Shown piece by piece: positions 17,621-26,742 of a DNA stretch of 64,000 nucleotides. The stretch spans positions 5,353 through 69,352 of the forward strand of contig JAKLDJ010000005.1 of assembly GCA_022703585.1 (NCBI GenBank). The letters are read 5' to 3'. This stretch comes from Candidatus Omnitrophota bacterium (GTDB lineage: Bacteria; Omnitrophota; Gorgyraeia; Zapsychrales; JAKLDJ01). Each line of letters begins with the position of its first letter. Position 1 is the stretch's first letter. The notes beneath the pieces are model-generated. The model was not told where the DNA came from and made no database searches. It saw nothing but the letters and a program-made list of their open reading frames with translations. A program made the position numbers and the translations under genes.

Positions 17621-18460
17621 TCAACTAATGCACTTTAGATTATCAAGAAAATATTCATTCGTTATGCCGACCCCCCCATCAACTGTAATAATTTGCCCTG
17701 TAATGTTATTTGATAAATCAGAAGCAAGAAACAACGCTACGTTTGTTATGTCTGAAAGAGGGATAAAACTCCCTAAGGGTATTTTCTTTTCCATTTCAAT
17801 TAAATTGCTTCTCTTGTTATTCCCCTTTATCCTCAAAAGTCTAGTATACGCATGGACAAAATTCTTGGTTAAAACTGGTCCGGGACAAATAGAATTGACT
17901 AAAATTCCATATTCACTCCATTCAATGGCTAAAGTTCGAGTTAGAGCATCAAGCCCCGCCTTACAAGCGTGAAAATGTGAAAATCCAGGGTATGCTTTAC
18001 CACCCGAGTATGCGGTAATGTTGATTATCTTCTTCCGTCCGCGTTGTTTTATCATGTGATTTCCAACCAAAACTGACAAGTATAAATGCCCCTTCAAATT
18101 TGTATCGATTGACAAATCGATCATATTGGGAAGTAGCTTCTCTGCTTGAATCATAAAATTTATCGATGCATTATTGAGTAAAACATCAATTCGCCTAAAT
18201 TTTTTTACAATCTCGCCAATTGTTTGTTTTAATTCTTGATAATCCCTTATATCACTTTTATACAAAAAGAGCGGCTTGCTCATATATGATTTATTATTAA
18301 AAGATTTCCTAAGATTACCCAGGTCCCTGCCAAGCACTATTACGCAGGCGCCTTGCTCTAAAAACTCGTCAGTAATAGCCCGGCCTATTCCGGTGCGACC
18401 ACCTGTCACAACGCAGATTTTCTTAGATAATATTCTTTTGACAAAATTTATTTTCATCAC
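17621..18460 (-). CDS. SDR family oxidoreductase
   Basis: 279 aa. It has the TGGRTGIGRA glycine motif and a YSGGKAYPGFSHFHACK YxxxK-like active-site region. Confidence 0.75.
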   Translation of the reverse strand: MMKINFVKRILSKKICVVTGGRTGIGRAITDEFLEQGACVIVLGRDLGNLRKSFNNKSYMSKPLFLYKSDIRDYQELKQTIGEIVKKFRRIDVLLNNASINFMIQAEKLLPNMIDLSIDTNLKGHLYLSVLVGNHMIKQRGRKKIINITAYSGGKAYPGFSHFHACKAGLDALTRTLAIEWSEYGILVNSICPGPVLTKNFVHAYTRLLRIKGNNKRSNLIEMEKKIPLGSFIPLSDITNVALFLASDLSNNITGQIITVDGGVGITNEYFLDNLKCIS

Positions 18461-18542
18461 ATTCTCCTCGCTCTTCAGATTTAAGAAAATTTGGGCAGAA
18501 TTAAAAATACTTCATTTCCAAATACCTAATATTTTTCTAATC

Positions 18543-20234
18543 TCAGTTCTTTGGCAACTCAATGGTAAACTTCGTCCCTTCACCCAATTTACTTTCCGCC
18601 GCTATTGTTCCACCGTGTAATTTAATAATCTCCTGCGTAATACTAAGTCCTAAGCCGATACCGTCTCGTTTGGTCGTATGGAATGGCTCAAAAAGTTTCT
18701 TGAGGTTTTCGGGAGAAATGCCGCAGCCATTGTCAGCAATTATTATCCTGACATAATCTCTGCGGACTTGAGACTCAAGACCAAAGACTAAAGACTTTTG
18801 GTCTGCGCTCGTTGGTTTTTGGTCTTTAGTCTCTGGTCTCTGGTCTGTGGTCTGAACAAAAAGCTCTCCACCCTCACCCATCGCCTGGATAGCATTAAGG
18901 AACAAATTTAAGAAAACCTGCTTGAGCTGTTCTTCATCTCCCTGAATAAGACCGTCAGGATCCTGATAGTCCTTTTTAATACTGATTTTCTTAAGAGCGA
19001 AGCTGTCCTGCAGCAATGTCAGGGTTGAGTCAATCAAAGCACAGACGTTAACCGGCTTTAAATCAACCTGCCGGGGCTTGGCGAGATTTAATAGTTGATT
19101 AATGACCTTCTCTATCCGTTCCACTTCTTTGGGGATTAACGTGTTAAATTTCTGCCTGAATTCTGCATCATGGTATTTTTGCGGTAGATAATCGAGATGT
19201 GTCTTAATAGCAGTTAAAGGATTCCTGATTTCATGGACAATTGAGCTGGCCAGTTGTCCCACATAGGCGAGTTTCTCTTTGTGAAAGAGCTCCTGCTGAA
19301 GCCGACACCGTTCCTGGTCAAGGCTTTCTAGGGTGCCCTGAAAAAACCGCTTATCTAGTATGTGCTGGATCCAATCTCGCAATGGATAAAGCAATGCTGC
19401 AATAATAAACACGGCAAATAAATTAGAAAAAAACGATTGATAGCCAACCATGCCTTGAAATAATTTTCCTACGCTAACAACAAAGATGAGATAACCTGCT
19501 GTAATAATCGCTAGCAACGCCGAATAAACCAATCCTTTCTTAATAATAATGTTAATATCCATCAGCTGATGCTGCATTATTGCATAAGTTATAATCAAAG
19601 GATATACTGCAAGAAAGAAATACGGGTAGGGATACACCTCAATCCTAAACGCAGAGGGAAAAAAACTATGCGGACCAATCCATCCAATTATCGATGCAAT
19701 AATAAAGTATTTCATTTGCATCCGCCTTATTCCTGAGCTATGTCTGAAATCAACAAGCATGAGAAATAACGTGTACAAAAGTAGAATCCAGTAAAAACCT
19801 ATATAAAAAACTAAAAAGATCGGACTTTTATACTTAGGCCAATCGAAACAGTAGAATTGCCCAAAAACTAATCTTAAGTCTCCGAAAAATAGCTCCCTTT
19901 TCGTAAGAATAATCGCAAAGAAAAAGAATGCCAGAGCATAAACTAAAGCAATTAAATTCTTTTTCTTAAGATTGATGAATTTGCAAATAAAATGAAAAAA
20001 TATAGCCGGACAAAAAACTCCACCGATATATGCAAATTGCCACCAGAAGAAAGCTATTTCCTTAGATTGCGTTGTAGAAAATTTGTATGCTCCAAATCCC
20101 CAAATTGCACTGCCTATGCTCATTAAAATCCATGTTTTTGTTAGTTTTCGATCGCCACTCTTAAAAAGCATTAACACTGCCATCATTAAATTAGCAATAA
20201 AAATCAATATAGACGAAATCGCAAAGGCGTTCAT
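18543..20234 (-). CDS. Sensor histidine kinase with 7TM sensor domain; likely starts at Met 20234, overlapping the fabF stop as ATGA
   Basis: 7TM region with YAIMQHQLMDI; H-box VHEIRNPLTAI; NLFLNAIQAM, DNGCGI, GIGLGL. The ORF track start at 20258 would overlap fabF by 28 nt. The internal ATG at 20232-20234 overlaps the fabF TGA at 20231-20233. Confidence 0.8.
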   Translation of the reverse strand: MNAFAISSILIFIANLMMAVLMLFKSGDRKLTKTWILMSIGSAIWGFGAYKFSTTQSKEIAFFWWQFAYIGGVFCPAIFFHFICKFINLKKKNLIALVYALAFFFFAIILTKRELFFGDLRLVFGQFYCFDWPKYKSPIFLVFYIGFYWILLLYTLFLMLVDFRHSSGIRRMQMKYFIIASIIGWIGPHSFFPSAFRIEVYPYPYFFLAVYPLIITYAIMQHQLMDINIIIKKGLVYSALLAIITAGYLIFVVSVGKLFQGMVGYQSFFSNLFAVFIIAALLYPLRDWIQHILDKRFFQGTLESLDQERCRLQQELFHKEKLAYVGQLASSIVHEIRNPLTAIKTHLDYLPQKYHDAEFRQKFNTLIPKEVERIEKVINQLLNLAKPRQVDLKPVNVCALIDSTLTLLQDSFALKKISIKKDYQDPDGLIQGDEEQLKQVFLNLFLNAIQAMGEGGELFVQTTDQRPETKDQKPTSADQKSLVFGLESQVRRDYVRIIIADNGCGISPENLKKLFEPFHTTKRDGIGLGLSITQEIIKLHGGTIAAESKLGEGTKFTIELPKN

Positions 20235-21457
20235 TTGTAGTCCTTCAATACCAAACACGCATTATTCCCCCCAAACGCCTGGGAATTATTCAGCACCACG
20301 CTAGCTTTATGCTTGCGCCCTTTATTCGCCACGCAATCAATCTCGCACTCCGGGTCCTGCTCTTCTAAATTAATCGTCGGTGGAATCTCTTGTTTCTGAA
20401 TCGCCAAACAACAGGCAATGGCTTCCAATGCCGCTGCCGCACCCATAGTATGACCGAGCATAGATTTTATCGAGCTTGTAGGGATTTTTTGCGCACGGCT
20501 ACCAAAAACTTTCGCAATTGCCTTACATTCTACCCCATCATTTTCGGGCGTACCCGTACCATGAGCACTAATATAATCTACCGCACCAATATCCGCTCCG
20601 AGATTCTTAATCGACCGCATAATAGCACAAGCGACACCTTCAATTGAGGGAGTAGTCATATTCTGGGCGTCACAAGATAATCCATACCCTAAAACCTCGG
20701 CGTAAATATGAGCCTTGCGCTTTTGTGCACTTTCCAAAGCCTCCAACAAAAGAATACCCGCGCCTTCACCCAAGATCATGCCTTTGCGGTTTTTATCGAA
20801 AGGCTGACATTTTTCGGGAGCCATAGCAAATAAACGGCCGAATCCGGTAAAGGCAATCCTTGATAATGCGTCAACTCCACCAGCCAGCATAAAATCAGCC
20901 TTATTAGAACGAATCAAATCAAACGCCCTCCCAATCGCATAATTTCCTGCCGCGCAAGCGTTGGCAAAAATAATATTTTCTCCTTTAATATTTAACTCAT
21001 GCGATACATTTGTCGAAATAGAGTTTGCCGGATACGCTAACGCTAATATGCCCTGCACACTTATACGTTCCAACTTGGTATTATTCTCAATAATATTTTC
21101 AATTACGCGAGATTCACCCATTGTAGTACCCATGCAAATCCCTACCCTATAATCACGCAAGGTCTCAAATAGAATTTTAGAATCCTTAATCGCCAACCTA
21201 CTAGCCGCCACCGCCATCTGGGACGCACGGCCCATGCGAGCGACACGGCGCTTATTCATAAACTGGGTCGGGTCAAAATTCTTAATCTCGCCACCGTAAT
21301 GGCGGTCATACGCCGAGGTGTCAAAGGCTTCAATACGGCTGATGCCGGATTTGCCGGCCATCAAGTTTTTCCAGAAGAGCTCCCAACCGATGCCAAGTGA
21401 GGAAATTACGCCTAAGCCGGTAACTACAACACGTCTGTTGTTTAATAAATTTTTCAT
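20231..21457 (-). CDS. fabF: 3-oxoacyl-ACP synthase II (KAS II)
   Basis: 408 aa with an intact catalytic triad context: NACAAGNYAIG (Cys), SAHGTGTPENDGVE (His), GHTMGAAAALE (His). Confidence 0.85.
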   Translation of the reverse strand: MKNLLNNRRVVVTGLGVISSLGIGWELFWKNLMAGKSGISRIEAFDTSAYDRHYGGEIKNFDPTQFMNKRRVARMGRASQMAVAASRLAIKDSKILFETLRDYRVGICMGTTMGESRVIENIIENNTKLERISVQGILALAYPANSISTNVSHELNIKGENIIFANACAAGNYAIGRAFDLIRSNKADFMLAGGVDALSRIAFTGFGRLFAMAPEKCQPFDKNRKGMILGEGAGILLLEALESAQKRKAHIYAEVLGYGLSCDAQNMTTPSIEGVACAIMRSIKNLGADIGAVDYISAHGTGTPENDGVECKAIAKVFGSRAQKIPTSSIKSMLGHTMGAAAALEAIACCLAIQKQEIPPTINLEEQDPECEIDCVANKGRKHKASVVLNNSQAFGGNNACLVLKDYK

Positions 21458-21505
21458 AATATTGGGTTACGGTTAAGGTTACGATGCCGGTATCGTATAA
21501 AAAGG

Positions 21506-21925
21506 TTACGTTATTCGTCGCCCTTTCAATTTAAAATTATTCCATGCCTCAGATAGATTATATAATTGTCGTCCTGTTTTATCGTAAACATCAATAAGTT
21601 TCACACAAAGCTCTTTATTAATATACTGAGAATATATGTCCCGACAATGACTCAAGGAAACCACCAATTCATTGCACTCACCCATGGCATCATCGAGATA
21701 TTTCTGGAATCCTTGCCGTTGATGCTTTTTCGCATAACCTTCGGCAATCAATCTCGGGACAGATTTGCAACTGCGGCTCAGCTGGTCTTTTAAGTCATAT
21801 TTCTCTGATTCCGGTAATTTAGGAACTATCTGTGTCATGACGGTAATCGACAATTCATAGGCATTCCGATAAACCTCTAAATCATTAAAGCTTGCAATTG
21901 GCTTCTTTTTAAGAATCTCTTCCAT
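21506..21925 (-). CDS. Four-helix-bundle protein, Avd-like / 23S rRNA IVS protein family, inserted between fabZ and fabF
   Basis: 139 aa. It carries LEVYRNAYELSITVMTQIVPKLPESEKYDLKDQLSRSCKSVPRLIAEGYAKKHQRQGFQKYLDDAMGECNEL. It is flanked by GGGTTACGGTTAAGGTTACG (21463-21484) and CGTAACCTTAACC... (21931 onward). Confidence 0.75.
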   Translation of the reverse strand: MEEILKKKPIASFNDLEVYRNAYELSITVMTQIVPKLPESEKYDLKDQLSRSCKSVPRLIAEGYAKKHQRQGFQKYLDDAMGECNELVVSLSHCRDIYSQYINKELCVKLIDVYDKTGRQLYNLSEAWNNFKLKGRRIT

Positions 21926-21930
21926 GAAAC

Positions 21931-22109
21931 CGTAACCTTAACCTTTTTTAACGATACTTTGCAAACTTAACCCTAACCTTAACCTCGATTGGCTATTGCC
22001 TGCCGATAGGCAGGGTTATTGTCTCTTGGTGCTTGGCGATTATTCCCTGCGAAATTTTAATCGTAACCCTAACCTTTTTTAACGATACTTTGCAAACTTA
22101 ACCCTAACC
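21931..22109. repeat. Duplicated cassette end: ~50 bp direct repeat (21931-21987 and 22062-22109) with a hairpin (CCTGCC-GATA-GGCAGG) between
   Basis: CGTAACC(T/C)TAACCTTTTTTAACGATACTTTGCAAACTTAACCCTAACCTT occurs twice with a ~131 bp period. It has a telomere-like CCCTAA/TTAGGG content. Confidence 0.85.
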
Positions 22110-22121
22110 TTCTAAAACAAC

Positions 22122-22562
22122 TTATTCCCATCTCTTCACACTATAGATTATCTCGACTTCAGCAAGCTTTTGAGAGGCCGCTAAAACCGTAACATCCAAA
22201 TACCCACCCACATCCATCATTTTATTTGCCATCACCGTTATCGTTAGCTCGTCGCCTACCCCTCCCGATTTTATGAAATTCGCGGTTATCTTACTAGGAA
22301 AGACGCGCTCCGATTCACTCTTTTTGAGATCCGTTTTACTTAAATAATACAGCACCAACGCCGCCTGGGCAGCGGCTTCGATAATCAACACTTCGGGAAA
22401 ATGCCCTGGATCTCCAGCGTCCCCTAAAACACTCCACTCATTCGCCGTGATATTTTTTATTGCCGTTAATCGTTTTCCCTCTTCAAAATCGATAACCTTG
22501 TCGATCAAAAGAAACGGATATGCCTGAGGCAAGATTTTACGCAACTGGTTAGCATCAATCAT
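22122..22562 (-). CDS. fabZ: 3-hydroxyacyl-ACP dehydratase
   Basis: 146 aa hotdog fold. It has LPQAYPFLLIDKVIDFEEGKRLTAIKNIT and the GHFP catalytic His context. Confidence 0.75.
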   Translation of the reverse strand: MIDANQLRKILPQAYPFLLIDKVIDFEEGKRLTAIKNITANEWSVLGDAGDPGHFPEVLIIEAAAQAALVLYYLSKTDLKKSESERVFPSKITANFIKSGGVGDELTITVMANKMMDVGGYLDVTVLAASQKLAEVEIIYSVKRWE

Positions 22563-22712
22563 CTTATTCTGCCCTGGTTACGCAAAAAGATTAAAGCTGG
22601 AGTTTACCGCAACATCCAACCTAATAATATATATATCTACAAATACTATTATTTAGTATATCGAAAACTCCGGCGGGAATCAAAAGGTATTTGGCTTAAT
22701 TCAGAAAAGAGA

Positions 22713-23666
22713 CTAAAAAGAGAGGTTTTCTATATCGTCGGGATTTTGAATATTGTGGACTTTTAATGCCGGATCAATCTTGCGCATCAAACCTTTCAAA
22801 ACCGTCCCCGGTCCTATTTCGATAAATTCGGTAATCCCTTCACGCGCCATAGTGCGTACCGAGTCTTCCCAGAGAACGGATGAGGTAATTTGCAGGCTCA
22901 AATTTTGGCGGATGTCTTCGGGGTTCGTTTGAGGAAGGGCATGGACGTTGGCGATGACGGGAATGCGGGAAACATGGATTGAAACATCTTTTAAAACGGC
23001 CTTAAATTTTTCCGCCGCCGGCTGCATAAGCGAGGAATGAAAAGCCCCGGCGACATCGAGAGGAATAACGCTTTTGGCTCCCTCCCCCTTAATCAGCGCA
23101 CAAGCAGCATCAACCTTTTCGGCATGGCCGGTAATGACGATTTGTTCGGGGGAGTTGAAATTGGCGATCTCGGCTCCGGTTTCAGAGCAAATTTCTCTGA
23201 GTCGAGATTTATCTAAGCCGGAGACGGATCGCCCTTTTGGAGAAAACCCGATAATAGCGGCCATTTTACCGCTTGTAATCTTTGTGGCCTCCTCCATTAG
23301 CGCTGAACGCCGGCGCACCAAATTTATGCCGTCTTCAAACGAAAGCGCCCCAGCCGCCACCAGCGCCGAATACTCGCCTAAACTTAATCCGGCCGTAAAA
23401 CGCACATTAATATTTTTAAATTTAGGATGCGCCTCAAGCGCGCGCAAGGCAGCAATGCTGGCAGTAACAATCGCGGGCTGGCAAAAAGCGGTAGAGGTTA
23501 ATTTCTCGGCGGGCCCGTTAAAAATCACGTCCAAAAGGCCCGGCCCAAAAATTTTTTCGGCCGCGTCAAACACCTCTTTGGCCTGGGAACTGGCATCATA
23601 AAATTCCTTGCCCATGCCGACTCGCTGGGTGCCTTGGCCGGGAAAGATAAGAGCGATATTTGTCAT
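22713..23666 (-). CDS. fabD: Malonyl CoA-ACP transacylase
   Basis: 317 aa; it has FPGQGTQRVGMG and the GLSLGEYSAL active-site Ser motif. Confidence 0.85.
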   Translation of the reverse strand: MTNIALIFPGQGTQRVGMGKEFYDASSQAKEVFDAAEKIFGPGLLDVIFNGPAEKLTSTAFCQPAIVTASIAALRALEAHPKFKNINVRFTAGLSLGEYSALVAAGALSFEDGINLVRRRSALMEEATKITSGKMAAIIGFSPKGRSVSGLDKSRLREICSETGAEIANFNSPEQIVITGHAEKVDAACALIKGEGAKSVIPLDVAGAFHSSLMQPAAEKFKAVLKDVSIHVSRIPVIANVHALPQTNPEDIRQNLSLQITSSVLWEDSVRTMAREGITEFIEIGPGTVLKGLMRKIDPALKVHNIQNPDDIENLSF

Positions 23667-23745
23667 ATTTGAGCTTTCAGTCGTCAGCCATCAGCCTTCA
23701 GCATCTGTCAGCTGATAGCTGACAGCGGATAGCTGACAGCTCTTC
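23667..23745. repeat. Palindromic intergenic repeat of the GCTTTCAGC/GCTGAAAGC/CAGCTGATAGCTG family
   Basis: GAGCTTTCAGTCGTCAGCCATCAGCCTTCAGCATCTGTCAGCTGATAGCTGACAGCGGATAGCTGACAGC. Confidence 0.8.
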
Positions 23746-24740
23746 TATAATAAATGCCTCGAAACTTCTTCGATGATACTGGCGTTGATTTTATGCTCAA
23801 CTTCTCTTTTGGTCGCCCGGATGGCGTTTTTGATCGCCTTGGGGGAAGAGCGGCCGTGGCTGATCATGACAATGCCGTTAACACCCAACAGAGGCGCGCC
23901 GCCGTATTCGGAGTAATCGGCATATTTTTTGACATGATTGAGGCGGGATTTCATCAACATCGCCCCCAAAAGGGCGATGGGGCTTTTTTTAATTTCTCGG
24001 CGCAGCAGCGTTGAAGCAGACTCCATAAGGCCTTCGGAAACCTTGATCATGACGTTGCCGACAAAACCGTCGCAGACAATACAATCGCATTTGCCGGAAA
24101 ATATCTCGTTGGCTTCGACGTTTCCAATAAAATTTGATACCTGTTCGGAGAGAAGTTTATGCGCTTCTTTGACAAAATCGCTCCCCTTGCTCTCTTCCTC
24201 TCCGATATTAAGAATCCCGACAGAAGGCTCCGTAAGGCCCAAGACCTTTTGCGCGTAAGTTTTTCCCATAATGGCATACTGCAGAAGATGCGCGGGTTTG
24301 GGCTCCGTATTGGCCCCAACATCGATAAGAAAACCGAATCGTTTTAAATTTGGTAAAACAAGGCCGATGCCCGGGCGCTCAACACCCGGCAATAGCCCCA
24401 AACCTATCGTCGCGGCACACACCACCGCGCCCGTATTGCCGGCGCTAACAAAAGCGTCATACGAACTATCTTTTAAAAGATTAACGCCCAGCGTAATAGA
24501 AGAATTCTTTTTCTTGCGGATACTGACAGTGGCGTGCTCATCCATCCCGATCACTTCGGGGGCATGGATGATTTCGATCGAATCGGAAGGATACTTATAC
24601 TGGCTTAATTCTTTCTTTATCTGGTCTTCAAGTCCAATCAAGACTATTTTGACACCCAGTTCTTCAATGGCCTGAATGACACCGGCAATAACTGCCTTGG
24701 GGGCGTAATCACCGCCCATGGCATCGACGACGATTCTCAC
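23745..24740 (-). CDS. plsX: Phosphate acyltransferase
   Basis: 331 aa; MRIVVDAMGGDYAPKAVIAG ... ISHGRSSPKAIKNAI are typical PlsX ends. Confidence 0.85.
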   Translation of the reverse strand: MRIVVDAMGGDYAPKAVIAGVIQAIEELGVKIVLIGLEDQIKKELSQYKYPSDSIEIIHAPEVIGMDEHATVSIRKKKNSSITLGVNLLKDSSYDAFVSAGNTGAVVCAATIGLGLLPGVERPGIGLVLPNLKRFGFLIDVGANTEPKPAHLLQYAIMGKTYAQKVLGLTEPSVGILNIGEEESKGSDFVKEAHKLLSEQVSNFIGNVEANEIFSGKCDCIVCDGFVGNVMIKVSEGLMESASTLLRREIKKSPIALLGAMLMKSRLNHVKKYADYSEYGGAPLLGVNGIVMISHGRSSPKAIKNAIRATKREVEHKINASIIEEVSRHLL

Positions 24741-24751
24741 TTTTAACTCCT

Positions 24752-24822
24752 TTTAGCTCTCAGCTTTCAGCTATCGGCTTTCAGCAGCTTTCAGCTGATA
24801 GCTGACGACTGAAAGCTGACGA
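24752..24822. repeat. Palindromic intergenic repeat of the GCTTTCAGC/GCTGAAAGC family
   Basis: AGCTCTCAGCTTTCAGCTATCGGCTTTCAGCAGCTTTCAGCTGATAGCTGACGACTGAAAGCTGACGAC. Confidence 0.8.
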
Positions 24823-25029
24823 CTACCCAGGTCTCTTCTTCTTTTCCTTCGGGGCCGCAATTTCTACAACGAGTTTACCCTTATAATGCCCGCAATAGGC
24901 GCAGACACGATGAGGAAGAATCGCTTTCTTGCACTGAGGGCAAATCGACATGGCCGGCACCGCGATCTTCCAGTGCGTGCGGCGCTTGCGCCCTCTGCTT
25001 CTTGAATGTTGCCGTTTTGGTAAAGGCAT
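24823..25029 (-). CDS. rpmF: 50S ribosomal protein L32
   Basis: 68 aa. The N-terminus is PKRQHSRSRGRKRRTHWK and the CxxC...CxxC zinc ribbon is CPQCKK...CAYCGHYKGK. Confidence 0.85.
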   Translation of the reverse strand: MPLPKRQHSRSRGRKRRTHWKIAVPAMSICPQCKKAILPHRVCAYCGHYKGKLVVEIAAPKEKKKRPG

Positions 25030-25057
25030 AATAATTGCTCCGGTTGATGTTATTAGA

Positions 25058-25471
25058 CTACTTCTTGCTGCAGTGACATTGCTCTTTGTTTAAATTCATT
25101 CCGCACTTGGGGCAAATCCCTTTACAGTCATCCTTGCACAAAACTCTTATCGGCAGGCCAACGATCAGCTCCTGGCGAATATCCTCTCCTAAGTCAATGA
25201 ATTCCGTCGTGGGCTCAAGCAAATAATCAAACTGAAAATCCTGCACGCTGTCGTGCTCAAGAGTTTCCAGGCAGCGCGCGCAAACAAACGATAGCCTCGT
25301 TTTTATTTGCGTGCGGGCGAGCACTGTATTGCCGACCCGCTCAATATCGGCCGTCACATTAAGAGGCGAAAGACTTTTAAAATCATCCTCGGTTAATCCG
25401 ATCTCGGATGGATTAATCGTCTTTTCTAATCTTAACCCCTGAGGAAGAATTTCTTTGATGAAAACCTTCAC
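25058..25471 (-). CDS. yceD: YceD/DUF177 family protein
   Basis: 137 aa with C-terminal CxxC...CxxC; it sits in the conserved yceD-rpmF-plsX-fab context. Confidence 0.7.
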   Translation of the reverse strand: MKVFIKEILPQGLRLEKTINPSEIGLTEDDFKSLSPLNVTADIERVGNTVLARTQIKTRLSFVCARCLETLEHDSVQDFQFDYLLEPTTEFIDLGEDIRQELIVGLPIRVLCKDDCKGICPKCGMNLNKEQCHCSKK

Positions 25472-25517
25472 GACTGCTCCTCTGCGCGATGAGAAATGCT
25501 GAAACGTTTTCCCGGGG

Positions 25518-26003
25518 CTATTTTAACTTTAATTGCTCTTTAAGCTTCTTTTCGACAAAACTGGGAACAAAAGAAGAAACGTCCGCGCCCAGCGTGGCCG
25601 CTTCCTTGATAAGCTTTGAAGAAAGATAGGAATACCTCTCCGACGGCATGAGGAACACCGTTTCAATATCTTCCGCCAGCCGGCGGTTGGTCAGGGCCAT
25701 TTGAAACTCATATTCAAAATCAGAAATCATCCTTAGGCCCCGGATAATCGTACGCACCTTATTCTCGCGAGCATACTCCACCACCAAACCGTCAAAGGCT
25801 TCCACCCGCACACCCTTCATGCCGCGGGTGGCGTTTTTAACCATGGCCAGACGATCCGCAAGGCTAAACAGCGGCTGTTTGTGGGCGCTACGTGCCACCG
25901 CCACGATAACTTCACCGAAAATAAATGTAGCCCTCTTAATTAAATCAATATGCCCGTTTGTAACAGGATCAAAGCTACCCGGGTATATGGCGATTTGTTT
26001 CAT
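25518..26003 (-). CDS. coaD: Phosphopantetheine adenylyltransferase
   Basis: 161 aa; MKQIAIYPGSFDPVTNGHIDLIKRA is the hallmark N-terminus. Confidence 0.85.
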   Translation of the reverse strand: MKQIAIYPGSFDPVTNGHIDLIKRATFIFGEVIVAVARSAHKQPLFSLADRLAMVKNATRGMKGVRVEAFDGLVVEYARENKVRTIIRGLRMISDFEYEFQMALTNRRLAEDIETVFLMPSERYSYLSSKLIKEAATLGADVSSFVPSFVEKKLKEQLKLK

Positions 26004-26081
26004 CTCTATTTATGTCTACCTTTTAGGATTACAAACGCGTGATGATTGATAATGAAACTTTCGCGGGATTCTTTTGCCTTT

Positions 26082-26648
26082 TTATTCTTTTCCCTCATAG
26101 ATCGACAAGAACGAATTCCCGTATCTTCGCTGCGTAATAAGTGAAAACCTGCCTTCTTCTGCCGGCAGAGACTCCTTCTTGTCATGCTGCAGGACAATGA
26201 AACAATTGCGGTGTAATATATCACATGGGATTAGGGTTTTCAAGGTTTTTTTTGCCAGTTCCAGGCCATAGGGCGGGTCAATAAAAACAATATTGAATTT
26301 CTCCCCTCTTTTATGCATCTGCCGGATAACTGAAAAAGTATCAGAGTTGATCACAAAGAAAGGAGATTGATAAGTATCGTAACCCGTTATCTTTAATAGA
26401 GTTAGATTCTCCTGAATAACTTTTGCGCATAAGCCCTCTTTCTCAACAAAAACGACGCGCTTCGCGTTCCGTGAAATTGCCTCCAGTCCGACCGAACCGC
26501 TCCCGGCAAAAAGATCCAGAAAATCAAGCCCTTCCAGATCATGCCCCAGAATATCAAAAACAGCCCGCCGGATCAGATCCGATGTGGGCCGAATGCCTTC
26601 CGGCATATAAAAATTACGCCCATGAAGCTTGCCGCCTAAGATTTTCAT
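26082..26648 (-). CDS. rsmD: 16S rRNA (guanine966-N2)-methyltransferase RsmD-like
   Basis: 188 aa. It has the SAM-binding motif DLFAGSGSVGLEAISRNA and a DPPY motif (FIDPPYG). Confidence 0.8.
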   Translation of the reverse strand: MKILGGKLHGRNFYMPEGIRPTSDLIRRAVFDILGHDLEGLDFLDLFAGSGSVGLEAISRNAKRVVFVEKEGLCAKVIQENLTLLKITGYDTYQSPFFVINSDTFSVIRQMHKRGEKFNIVFIDPPYGLELAKKTLKTLIPCDILHRNCFIVLQHDKKESLPAEEGRFSLITQRRYGNSFLSIYEGKE

Positions 26649-26742
26649 TTATGATCCTTTTTTGTCGCTAGTCGCTCGTCTCTTGTCGCTCGAACATACT
26701 ATCTTAAAGCGAGTCACGAGTGACGAGAACCAGGTGACCGCT

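Noticed and set aside
5714-21925. Diversity-generating retroelement (the four-helix-bundle proteins are the same family as DGR Avd)
   Set aside because: There is no reverse transcriptase ORF and no template/variable repeat pair anywhere in the window. The genes are better explained as IVS-type cassettes.
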